A stretch of 54,376 nt of DNA, taken from the NCBI GenBank assembly GCA_045613725.1, contig JAZLBN010000024.1, positions 1 to 54,376 on the forward strand, written 5' to 3'. The stretch comes from Candidatus Gastranaerophilaceae bacterium. Lineage in GTDB: Bacteria > Cyanobacteriota > Vampirovibrionia > Gastranaerophilales > Gastranaerophilaceae. The notes beneath the pieces were generated by a model, which saw only the letters and a program-made list of their open reading frames with translations, searched no databases and was not told where the DNA came from. Each line of letters begins with the position of its first letter. Positions within the stretch are counted from its first letter, which is position 1. Positions 42,443-51,261 of the stretch are shown here, piece by piece. The position numbers were made by a program, and so were the translations under genes.

Positions 42443-43129
42443 ATGAAAAATGTATTATTATCTGTTTTATTGACTGTTTTGTCAGGGTTTTTTATTGCTG
42501 GTTTTGCAGTTGAGGAAATTTATAGTTTAGATGATATAGAAAAAGTAAATGTTGTTCCGGTAACACAAATTCAAGCTCAAGAAATTAAACCTATTGAGAT
42601 TTCTGTAGTTTTTGATTGGTTAGATTTATCTGTTGCGCAACGAGAAGACAATATTGAAAAATATAAAAATTTACTTTTTAAAAATAATACAAGTAGAATA
42701 TATTTTGAAAAAAATGAATTTAAAAAAGAGTTTTCAAAATTTTTCAAAGATAAAGAGTATAAATTGCATTATATGCTAACTAATAATGGTGTTACTGAAG
42801 ACGAAGATGCTAAATATTGTGCATTTTATTATAAGCATAATACACTAGTTATGTATGCGATTCAGTACAAGAATGATCCTAAAAAAGCCTTTTATTATAC
42901 TGCGTTTGGGAAACTTCATTATGCTGATATTATGTCTGATGAATATCCTGATTTTCCGTATTCATCTATGCAATATAATCGTAAAGGTCAATTAAAAAGT
43001 GCAATATATTTTGTATCAAAAGATATTCAATATATGTTCAATTCTAATAAAGAATTTTTAGGAATTTGGTACAAAGATAAAATGTATGACAAAAATGGAA
43101 AACAACTTTTAACTCGTACAAATTGGTAG
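42443..43129 (+). CDS. hypothetical exported/membrane-anchored protein
   Basis: MKNVLLSVLLTVLSGFFIAGFA signal/anchor. GAGGG SD (trimmed from the track's TTG at 42431). Tyr/Lys/Asn-rich. Confidence 0.55.
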   Translation: MKNVLLSVLLTVLSGFFIAGFAVEEIYSLDDIEKVNVVPVTQIQAQEIKPIEISVVFDWLDLSVAQREDNIEKYKNLLFKNNTSRIYFEKNEFKKEFSKFFKDKEYKLHYMLTNNGVTEDEDAKYCAFYYKHNTLVMYAIQYKNDPKKAFYYTAFGKLHYADIMSDEYPDFPYSSMQYNRKGQLKSAIYFVSKDIQYMFNSNKEFLGIWYKDKMYDKNGKQLLTRTNW

Positions 43130-43156
43130 TTGGGGTAACTTGTATATTTATAAATT

Positions 43157-45742
43157 CTATTTAGTAACTATAGATAGAATATAATTATCTGTAAAATATT
43201 TGTTTGCAACTTCAATTATATCTGTATCTGTTATGCTGTTTATTAAGTCTTGATATTGTTCTTTGAATTCATATCCTCTTGTAGTGGTTTCGTACCACCC
43301 AATATTAGAGGCTTTATTTATATTTGTTTCAAGACCTAGTATGTAGTTACCTAATAATTTTTCTTTTGCGTCATTTAATTCTTTGTCAGATATAAATTCG
43401 GTTTTTAGTCTTTCGATTTGTGCGAATAAGCCAGATTTAGCTTTTTCTAAGTCCGTAGGATTGGTGCCTATGTATAACATAAAACTACCTCTTAGTATAT
43501 TTGGTGAATAACTAGAGCCTAATTGGTAAGCTAAACCTTCTTGTTCTCTTAGTGTTTTAAACATTCGAGAACTCATGCCTGTTCCTAATAATGTATTTAT
43601 AATTTGTAAAGATGCAAAATCTTTTTTATTTAGAACTCCATTTACTTGCCACCCTAATAAAATCCAAGCTGTTTCGGTTGTTGGGATTTTGATTTGTTTT
43701 GTGCGAGCTTCTGTCACATATGGAATTTTTTCATTGTGACAATCGTAATTAAATGTTTCAGTGTTTGATTTTTTAGTGAAAATTTTATTAAACTCTTGAA
43801 TCGTTTTGTCTTTATCAATATTTCCATTGATTGATAGGATAATATTGTTAGGGTTAAAAATATTATTATAATAGTGAATTATATCATCTCTTGTTATTTT
43901 GTTAATGTTTTTTTCTAAGACTTTTGAAGATATTGAATATGGTGAATCTTTGTAAATTAATTCTCTATATTCTTCAATAGCTAGCTGAATAGGAATATCT
44001 TTATTTCTTTTTATAGAATTTAATTTGTCGGATTTAACTTTAGATATTTCGTTTTCATCAAAGGTCGCATGGTTGACAACTTCATTAAGTAATTCTAGTG
44101 TTTTGTCATATTGGTCTTTTGTAGTTAATACATTAATTGAAAACGCATCAGCTCCAGATGCGGGCGCAATTTTTATGCCGTTATCTTCGAGTGTTTGAGA
44201 TAATTCAAGTGAGGTATAATTTGTAGTACCTTTCAACATTGTAGAAGCAGTAAGGTTTGCAGTTCCTGCAGTTTTATCAAGTAATTGTCCACCTTTTGCA
44301 TAAATACTTATTGCAATAATGTCGTTTGTAGTGTTAGGTGTATACAACATTGTTGCACCGTTTGATAATTTGTATTTTTGGGTATCTTTTGATTGGCTAA
44401 TTAATTCCGCAGTACCATCATTTTTTGTGATATTTGAGATAGGAATATCTTTTGAGTTTTCTGGTAAGATAATTGAAACAGCACTTTTGTTGATTCCAAG
44501 ATATTTATTTGCGACTTTTTTTACATCATTTTTGGAAACACCTTTAATATTCTCTAAATAATTATCATAAAACTTGATGTCATTTGTTAATGCGATAGTG
44601 TAGCCTATTTCTGTAGATATATTTGTAATTGATTCTCTGGTATAATATGTATTTCTTTCTATAATATTTTTTGCCAATTTAAGTTGCTCATCAGTGATAC
44701 CGTTCTTTTGAATATTTGTTATTTCTTCAAAGATGGCGTCTTGTAATTGTTTACATTTTTCGGGTTCAAAGTTTGCACTAATATAAAATATTCCATCATC
44801 TTTAAATGTTGAATTACTTGTATCAATAGAAAAAGCAAGTCGTTTTTTTTCTTTTATTGATTGGTTTAACACAGAGGAACGACCATTTCCTAGAATGGTT
44901 GAAAGTATGTCAAGTGCGTATGAATCATTATCTTCAATACTGGTTCCCCTAAATCCAATTAATAGATACCCAGATTCAGTTTTAGTATACTCAACTTTTT
45001 TTGCTTGTTTTGTAAGCGGATTTTCTTTTGGATAGATAACTTTTGCCTGTTTTTTTATTGGGGAATTGAAGCATTTTTTAATTCGTTCTAATGCATAATT
45101 TGTATCTACGTCTCCGATTACAACTGTAACCATATTAGATGGTGAATAATTTTTATTATAAAAATCTAAAATTTCGTCTCTGGTAATTGTTTCAATTACT
45201 TCACTTGTCCCAATTACTTTTCGTTTATATGGATGTTTTGTGTATAGCATTGAGTTTAGATTATCGTATAAAACTCTAGATGGGGATTTTAAATCTTTGT
45301 TAATTTCTTCTAATACAACTCTTCTTTCTTTTTCTAATTCGTTTCTAGGAATTAATGGATTCATCATCATATCAGAATGAAGCTCCATAGCTAAGTCAAA
45401 GTTTTTAGATGGAATAGTTACGTAATAATGTGTAAAATCTTTGCTTGTAGCTGCATTAGTAATTGCACCTTTGGTTTCTAAAATTCTATCGAATTCTCCT
45501 GGTTGTAAATTTTTGGTACCTTTAAAGAATAAATGTTCTAAAAAATGTGCAACTCCGTTATTGTCTTCGTTTTCATCAATAGATCCTGTTTTTATCCAAG
45601 TATCGATTGTGACTATAGGATTATTTCTAACCTCTTGTATTACAACGGTTTGTCCATTATCAAGCTTGAACATTTTTGCATCGGATGCAAAAACCATATT
45701 TCCACTTATTATGATTGCTGCTAAGATTATAATTCTTTTCAT
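43157..45742 (-). CDS. secreted M16 (pitrilysin/insulinase) family zinc peptidase, fused double-unit (861 aa)
   Basis: Signal peptide. Inverted zinc motif GVAHFLEHLFFKGT (HxxEH) with downstream E (LEKERRVVLEEI). The second half repeats the inactive M16 fold. Confidence 0.9.
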   Translation of the reverse strand: MKRIIILAAIIISGNMVFASDAKMFKLDNGQTVVIQEVRNNPIVTIDTWIKTGSIDENEDNNGVAHFLEHLFFKGTKNLQPGEFDRILETKGAITNAATSKDFTHYYVTIPSKNFDLAMELHSDMMMNPLIPRNELEKERRVVLEEINKDLKSPSRVLYDNLNSMLYTKHPYKRKVIGTSEVIETITRDEILDFYNKNYSPSNMVTVVIGDVDTNYALERIKKCFNSPIKKQAKVIYPKENPLTKQAKKVEYTKTESGYLLIGFRGTSIEDNDSYALDILSTILGNGRSSVLNQSIKEKKRLAFSIDTSNSTFKDDGIFYISANFEPEKCKQLQDAIFEEITNIQKNGITDEQLKLAKNIIERNTYYTRESITNISTEIGYTIALTNDIKFYDNYLENIKGVSKNDVKKVANKYLGINKSAVSIILPENSKDIPISNITKNDGTAELISQSKDTQKYKLSNGATMLYTPNTTNDIIAISIYAKGGQLLDKTAGTANLTASTMLKGTTNYTSLELSQTLEDNGIKIAPASGADAFSINVLTTKDQYDKTLELLNEVVNHATFDENEISKVKSDKLNSIKRNKDIPIQLAIEEYRELIYKDSPYSISSKVLEKNINKITRDDIIHYYNNIFNPNNIILSINGNIDKDKTIQEFNKIFTKKSNTETFNYDCHNEKIPYVTEARTKQIKIPTTETAWILLGWQVNGVLNKKDFASLQIINTLLGTGMSSRMFKTLREQEGLAYQLGSSYSPNILRGSFMLYIGTNPTDLEKAKSGLFAQIERLKTEFISDKELNDAKEKLLGNYILGLETNINKASNIGWYETTTRGYEFKEQYQDLINSITDTDIIEVANKYFTDNYILSIVTK

Positions 45743-45803
45743 ATGTATATCCTTTTTAATTGATTATATTTATAACTAAAGTGAAAATATATAACCGATT
45801 GTA

Positions 45804-46574
45804 TTATATACTTACCTCATTAATTATCTCGGTTGATTTAATTTTTTTTGGAGATTTCAAGTTTATGTATTCTTTTAAAGTATCAAAGGTCACAGTACAA
45901 ACTTTTTCTGTAGCTTTTGTTTCGTATTCTCCTCTGTAATCAAAATCGTTAATTGACATTTGTTTGAAAAAATCTTTTAGTTTATGAGGAAGCTGCTTTT
46001 TATTATAGTGTATTTTTTTTGCGCATTCTGCGCATGCCATACCTCCGATATTTGGGATAAAGTATAGTGTTTCGTCTTTTAATTGCTCGTGGCAACATAG
46101 ACAATTATCTAACTCTATTGCGAATCCTGATTCTCTCATCATTTTTAATTGAAACTTTATTACTGCAATTAAGATTTCAATTTTTGTTTCTGCCATAGAT
46201 ATTGAGTTCAATGTTTTGTATAAAAGGTTATATATATCTTTTGAGCATGGGTCTTCTTCTATTCCAAAATTATGTACAACTTCTGTTATGTACATTGAAT
46301 AGCAAATTTTGTCCATATCTTGTCGGGTTTTATAGAATGAATTAACAACTTCAGCTTGGCAAATCGTATCAAGATTTTTACCTTTGTGAAGCATTAATGT
46401 GTTTGCAACAAGCAAATCCATGCGGGCACCTAGCTTACTTTTTGGTTTTTTAACCCCTTTAGCTACCCCCCTAATTAGTCCTTTTTCTTTTGAATACATA
46501 ACAATAATTTTGTCAGATTCACTTAAGTTGTAGGACTTCAAATTTATTGCGTCTGTTACAAAGCTATTTTGCAT
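45804..46574 (-). CDS. recO: DNA repair/recombination mediator RecO
   Basis: N-terminal OB-fold block (DAINLKSYNLSESDKIIVMYSKEKGLIRGVAKGVKKPKSKL) and zinc finger CLCCHEQ...CAECAKK. Size ~256 aa. Confidence 0.85.
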   Translation of the reverse strand: MQNSFVTDAINLKSYNLSESDKIIVMYSKEKGLIRGVAKGVKKPKSKLGARMDLLVANTLMLHKGKNLDTICQAEVVNSFYKTRQDMDKICYSMYITEVVHNFGIEEDPCSKDIYNLLYKTLNSISMAETKIEILIAVIKFQLKMMRESGFAIELDNCLCCHEQLKDETLYFIPNIGGMACAECAKKIHYNKKQLPHKLKDFFKQMSINDFDYRGEYETKATEKVCTVTFDTLKEYINLKSPKKIKSTEIINEVSI

Positions 46575-46597
46575 TTTATCATTATTGTGGCGTGTTA

Positions 46598-47695
46598 TTA
46601 ACCTTGTGATGTGCCGTGGTAGATACCTCTCATCATTTGTTCAAGCTCTTGCTTGTTATCAGAATAGGCAATAGCCATTTCTTTGGTTACTTTACCTTCT
46701 TCATAAAGTTTGTATAATGACATGTTCATAGTAATCATACCGTTGAAAGAACCTTTTTTAACAAGTTCGTAAATTTGCTCTAATTCATCTTTTTGAATAA
46801 AGTCTTTTACGGTTGGTGTAACTACTAATACTTCAGCCGCTGGAGCTCGAGAGCTTCCTTCAGCCATAGGAACAAGTTTTTGAGAAACTGTACCTCTAAG
46901 AGTTGCTGCGATTTGGCTACGAACGAATGATCTTTCATTTGGATCGAATAAGTTGATAATTCTGGCAACTGTTTGAACTGCATCGTTTGTGTGGATTGTT
47001 GAAACAACAAGGTGACCAGTTTCAGCTGCTTTTAATGCAGCTTCAACAGTTTCTCTGTCCCTGATTTCACCGATAAAGATAACGTCAGGGTCTTGTCTCA
47101 ATGCGTATTTAACACCGTCTGAGAATGATGGTGTATCGATTAACAGTTGACGTTGAGAAACGATAGATTTTTTATTGGAAAAAATGAACTCAACTGGGTC
47201 TTCAATTGTAACAATATGTTTAGCTGCAGTTGCGTTCATATAGTCAATTAATGATGCAATTGTTGTTGATTTACCAGAACCAGTAGGTCCAGTAACCAGA
47301 ACTAATCCGTTGTTAAATGATGCGAATTCTTCTAGAGTCTCAGGTAATTGTAATTCCTTAAATGATTTAATGTAATAAGGAATTGCACGGATAACCATTG
47401 CAGTTTTTCCTAGTTGACGGCTCATGTTAACACGGAATCTTGAGCAACCTGGGATTTCATAAGAAAAGTCGATATCAAAAAATCTTGTGATACGATCTTT
47501 TAAGTGTGGAGGCGCAACAGTTTTTATAATGAATTCAATATCTTCTGCATCTAGTGGCGGTAGATTAATTCTCATAATTTGTCCGGATACACGTATTGCT
47601 GGTCTTTCACCTTCGCAAATGTGTGCATCTGATGCGCCGACAGATACTGCTTGTCTTAAAAAATCCTCTATATAAAAATCGTTTGTTGCCGTCAT
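46598..47695 (-). CDS. pilT: type IV pilus retraction ATPase, PilT family
   Basis: ASDAHI, Walker A GPTGSGKSTT, Asp box IVTIEDPVEF, Walker B DPDVIFIGEIRD, His box LVVSTIHTN. SD GGAGAGGA. Confidence 0.9.
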   Translation of the reverse strand: MTATNDFYIEDFLRQAVSVGASDAHICEGERPAIRVSGQIMRINLPPLDAEDIEFIIKTVAPPHLKDRITRFFDIDFSYEIPGCSRFRVNMSRQLGKTAMVIRAIPYYIKSFKELQLPETLEEFASFNNGLVLVTGPTGSGKSTTIASLIDYMNATAAKHIVTIEDPVEFIFSNKKSIVSQRQLLIDTPSFSDGVKYALRQDPDVIFIGEIRDRETVEAALKAAETGHLVVSTIHTNDAVQTVARIINLFDPNERSFVRSQIAATLRGTVSQKLVPMAEGSSRAPAAEVLVVTPTVKDFIQKDELEQIYELVKKGSFNGMITMNMSLYKLYEEGKVTKEMAIAYSDNKQELEQMMRGIYHGTSQG

Positions 47696-47779
47696 ATTTC
47701 CTCTCCCTTATAAAGATAATATATCATATTTTTTAGTTTTACACAACTATATTGATGTGGTATCATTCAACTGTTGGAT

Positions 47780-50173
47780 ATGATGAATTTTGAACAAATA
47801 AGAGATATTACTCAAAATAAGAATTTTTTGATGTGTTTTGCATCAATAATTTTCATGTGTGGTATTTTGGCTTGTTTTTATGGATTTGGAATAATAATCT
47901 GCTCAGTGCTGACTTTTCTAATGATTGGATTCCTTTTTTTAAGGTTATTTGATAATAAAAAAGTTTTAATTTTTTTACTAATTTTTTATGTTGGGTTCTT
48001 TTTAACTTTTTTTAAAATAAAGACTCATGATGACCTTGTGTATCTTATTCCGCTTGATAGTGTTGTTTCGGGAAGAGTGTCTAGTATCCCGATTAAATCT
48101 GATCGACAAAAGTTAAAATTTTTTATGGATATAGAGTCTGTTGGTGAAAATAAGCTCAGAGCAAAAACTTTTGTAACTATATCTAATGCTGATGAATTAA
48201 AACATTCTTTAAATATAGGTGAAAAGATATCGATCAATGCCAAAATCAGAGAACCGTTTAATTCTACAAATCCATCTCAATTTGATTATAGTTCATATTT
48301 GAGAAATTTTAATGTATTTGCTGTCATTTATGCAAGTGGTTCAGATGTCGATTTGTTAGAGCAAGAGAAGTCTTTTCGTTGGGAATTTTTACAAGAATTA
48401 AATAATACTCGTAATAGAATTTTGGCTGTTCATTCTAAATATTTGAAAAGCCCGAATTTAGAAATTTTGGGTGGTATTGTATTTGGCGATGATGCAGTAT
48501 CAACTCCCGATGATATAAAAGGTTCTTTTGTTAATTCTGGATTACTTCATATTTTGGCTGCATCTGGAATGAATGTTGCTTTTATATTTTCTTTTTGGTT
48601 TTTTATTTTGCAGTTTTTAAAAGTTCCTTACAGACCGAGGGTTTTTTCGGGAATGTTAATTATTATTCTGTATACGTTAATGACCGGATTGGGGCCATCT
48701 GTTATTCGTGCGGCATTGATGTTGCTGTTTGTTTTGGCTGGTAAGCTTATCGATAGGGATACTCATAGTGTGTCTTTGTTATCATTGGTTGCGGTCTTGA
48801 TGTTGATTTATAATCCTGCATATATAAATGATGTAAGTTTTCAGTTATCGTTTTTGGTAACATTAGGGTTGCTAACAACGGCAAATGTATTTACGCAAAA
48901 ATTAGATAAAATTCCGAACTGGTTAAAAGTTCCAATAATAATACCTTTAGTTGCTCAAATTTGGGTTGCTCCAGTTCAGATGTTTTACTTTAATACGTTT
49001 AGTCTGTATTCGTTTTTTGCTAATGTTGCAACCGTTTCATTATTGAGTGTTATAAGTTTTTGTGGTTTTGTGAGTTCAGTATTGGCAATTTTCCCACCTT
49101 TAGCGGATATTTCTTGTAAGATTTTTGATTTTGTTCTCAATTATTTGTTAAGTTTGTTGGTTTATATTTCGAATTTCTTCGCTGGTTTAAAATATTGCGT
49201 TTTACAGACCTCTCATCCAAGTGTTTGGCAAATGCTTTTATATTACTCTATGGTGTTGATGGTTACATTTTTTGTTAAATTAAACAAGTATAAAAAGGCT
49301 TTGTTGACAATAGTTGTTTGCGTTTTAGTTATTTTTGTTACTGTATTAAAACCTGTTTCGAATAAGTTAGAAATAATTGCATTCGATGTGCAAAATGCTG
49401 ATTCTTTTCTTGTGAAAACTCCTAAGAATAAATATTTCATGATAGATACAGGGAAGTTACCTTTTGATAGTGGCAATTCTCAAGCTAAAATTATTATGCT
49501 GAAGTATTTAAAGGATAGGGGTATAAAGAATCTTGAGGGATTGATTGTAACTCATTTTGACAATGATCATTCAGGTGGAGTTCCTGATGTTATTAGTAAT
49601 GTTAAAGTTAATAATATGTATTTAAATTCAACTAATGTTGAAACTCAAACTGGGTATAAAATTTTTGATACGGCTAAAAAATTGCAGCAAAATTATAAGG
49701 TTGTTACTGATTTTGAGACGATTTATGAAGAAGATGGATTGAAGCTTCGTTTATATAAATCTAATCTGAATCCAGAGTCTCAAAATGAATCATCGCTAAT
49801 TGCTCTGTTATCATACAATGACTTTGATATGTTATTTATGGGTGATGCTGGAGTTAAATCTTTTAATTCGATTAGAAATAATGTTCCAAATAATGTTGAA
49901 GTGTTGAAGGTTGGTCATCATGGTGGGGCCGATGTTGTAGATAGTCAAATGTTAAATCATCTTGGAAATAAAGTTTCGCTTATTTCAACTGGTTTGAATT
50001 ATTTTGGGCATCCTAATAAAGGGACTTTGGATTTATTGAGAAATACAGTTGTTTTGCGTACCGATTTGTTGAATTCGATTAAGATTTCTACTGATGGTTA
50101 TTTGTATGATATTTATTCTTACAAGCCACATGATAAAAATTTTGAAAAATTGTATACTTTTGATTCAAAATAA
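47780..50173 (+). CDS. comEC: DNA internalization-related competence protein ComEC/Rec2 (DUF4131 + competence channel + metallo-beta-lactamase domain)
   Basis: Polytopic core with GLLHILAASGMNVAF and GPSVIRAALM. C-terminal MBL motif THFDNDHSGG ... VGHHG. Confidence 0.92.
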   Translation: MMNFEQIRDITQNKNFLMCFASIIFMCGILACFYGFGIIICSVLTFLMIGFLFLRLFDNKKVLIFLLIFYVGFFLTFFKIKTHDDLVYLIPLDSVVSGRVSSIPIKSDRQKLKFFMDIESVGENKLRAKTFVTISNADELKHSLNIGEKISINAKIREPFNSTNPSQFDYSSYLRNFNVFAVIYASGSDVDLLEQEKSFRWEFLQELNNTRNRILAVHSKYLKSPNLEILGGIVFGDDAVSTPDDIKGSFVNSGLLHILAASGMNVAFIFSFWFFILQFLKVPYRPRVFSGMLIIILYTLMTGLGPSVIRAALMLLFVLAGKLIDRDTHSVSLLSLVAVLMLIYNPAYINDVSFQLSFLVTLGLLTTANVFTQKLDKIPNWLKVPIIIPLVAQIWVAPVQMFYFNTFSLYSFFANVATVSLLSVISFCGFVSSVLAIFPPLADISCKIFDFVLNYLLSLLVYISNFFAGLKYCVLQTSHPSVWQMLLYYSMVLMVTFFVKLNKYKKALLTIVVCVLVIFVTVLKPVSNKLEIIAFDVQNADSFLVKTPKNKYFMIDTGKLPFDSGNSQAKIIMLKYLKDRGIKNLEGLIVTHFDNDHSGGVPDVISNVKVNNMYLNSTNVETQTGYKIFDTAKKLQQNYKVVTDFETIYEEDGLKLRLYKSNLNPESQNESSLIALLSYNDFDMLFMGDAGVKSFNSIRNNVPNNVEVLKVGHHGGADVVDSQMLNHLGNKVSLISTGLNYFGHPNKGTLDLLRNTVVLRTDLLNSIKISTDGYLYDIYSYKPHDKNFEKLYTFDSK

Positions 50174-50434
50174 AATTAAATTGTTCATATTTTTCTCGTG
50201 GTATTGACTTTATAAGCGTTAACTTTACACTAATTTACCTATCTTAAACCTCACTATTTATAAGGGTTTTAGATTTTAACGCTTGTGTAAAATTATTAGT
50301 TGGGGTTGAAATTTTAAATTTTTGTAATATTATGTTCATATAAACGTGTTCGAGAAAGATGAAAATCTTATAAAAAAGTGAGAGAAAAAAGTAGTCTTTT
50401 GAGAATTTTCAATTTACAACTAGAGGATTACATT

Positions 50435-51070
50435 TTGAAAAAATTATTACTATTAGTGATTGCATTAGTGTCTATGATGTTTACACCAGTGCAGGCAGCA
50501 AATGTCAATACCGTAAAGGCTGCAATAGTAAAACATTCTATTGAAATGGGTGTTGATCCGGCAATTACGTTAAGTATTGCCAAAACAGAATCAGGTTTCA
50601 GACATGAAGCAAGAAGTGCAAGAGGAGCTGTTGGTGTTTTTCAATTGATGCCTTCAACAGCAAGAAGAATGGGTTTAAATCCATACTCACTAGATGATAA
50701 TATCAAAGGTGGGGTTATGTATTATAAATCTATGTACAAAATGTTCGGTTCTGTGGAATTGGCTTTGGCAGCTTATAACGCAGGTCCAGGTAATGTGAAA
50801 AAATATAAAGCTGTTCCTCCATTTGCAGAAACAAGAAGGTTTGTATCTAAAATCATGAATGATTATAGACACTATAAAGCAAATCCGGATCCGGTTATGG
50901 TTGCGGCAATGTCAACCCCAAAAGCTATTGCAGGTGCACAAGTTGCTGCAACTCCTGAACAAAAAGTTTTACCGATGGTAAAAATTGAACAATCTAGAAA
51001 TTTAAATGTTCAGTTAATTAAAGAAATACCAATGGAAGTTGAAGTTAAATCTCAGTCTGTTGCAATATAA
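50435..51070 (+). CDS. lytic transglycosylase (SLT domain, GH23)
   Basis: Signal peptide (L)KKLLLLVIALVSMMFTPVQA from TTG 50435 with AGAGGA 7 nt upstream. Catalytic block ESGFRHEARSARGAVGVFQLMPSTA, then AYNAGPGNV. Confidence 0.88.
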   Translation: MKKLLLLVIALVSMMFTPVQAANVNTVKAAIVKHSIEMGVDPAITLSIAKTESGFRHEARSARGAVGVFQLMPSTARRMGLNPYSLDDNIKGGVMYYKSMYKMFGSVELALAAYNAGPGNVKKYKAVPPFAETRRFVSKIMNDYRHYKANPDPVMVAAMSTPKAIAGAQVAATPEQKVLPMVKIEQSRNLNVQLIKEIPMEVEVKSQSVAI

Positions 51071-51088
51071 TTTTTTATAATATTTTAA

Positions 51089-51118
51089 ACGGGGTAAGTT
51101 AATTCTTACCCGTTTTTG
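51089..51118 (+). terminator. rho-independent terminator
   Basis: ACGGGGTAAG-ttaatt-CTTACCCGT-TTTT. Confidence 0.8.
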
Positions 51119-51261
51119 TATATATAAAAGCTATATTAATATTTGTAAAATTATTCAGTAGAACTAGTTAAAAAGTATTATATTTTTTGTCCATTTGTGG
51201 TATATATAAGTTGTACATAAATGAATTATATTATTTATAGTTCAGTAGATTGGAGGCTAAT

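Noticed and set aside
50174-50434. A c-di-AMP (ydaO-type) riboswitch upstream of the cell-wall hydrolase, suggested by AAGCGTTAA and TTGGGGTTGAAAT.
   Set aside because: The conserved GGGGACCCA / ACCCGAATCC-type blocks and the pseudo-twofold architecture are absent. The region is too AT-rich.
9155-51261. Upstream extensions of several track ORFs (9155, 11490, 22980-23021, 23097, 40466, 40692, 42431, 47774, 50378, 51250).
   Set aside because: Internal starts are preceded by better SD sequences and/or begin a canonical signal peptide or conserved N-terminus. The extensions start at TTG or have no RBS.
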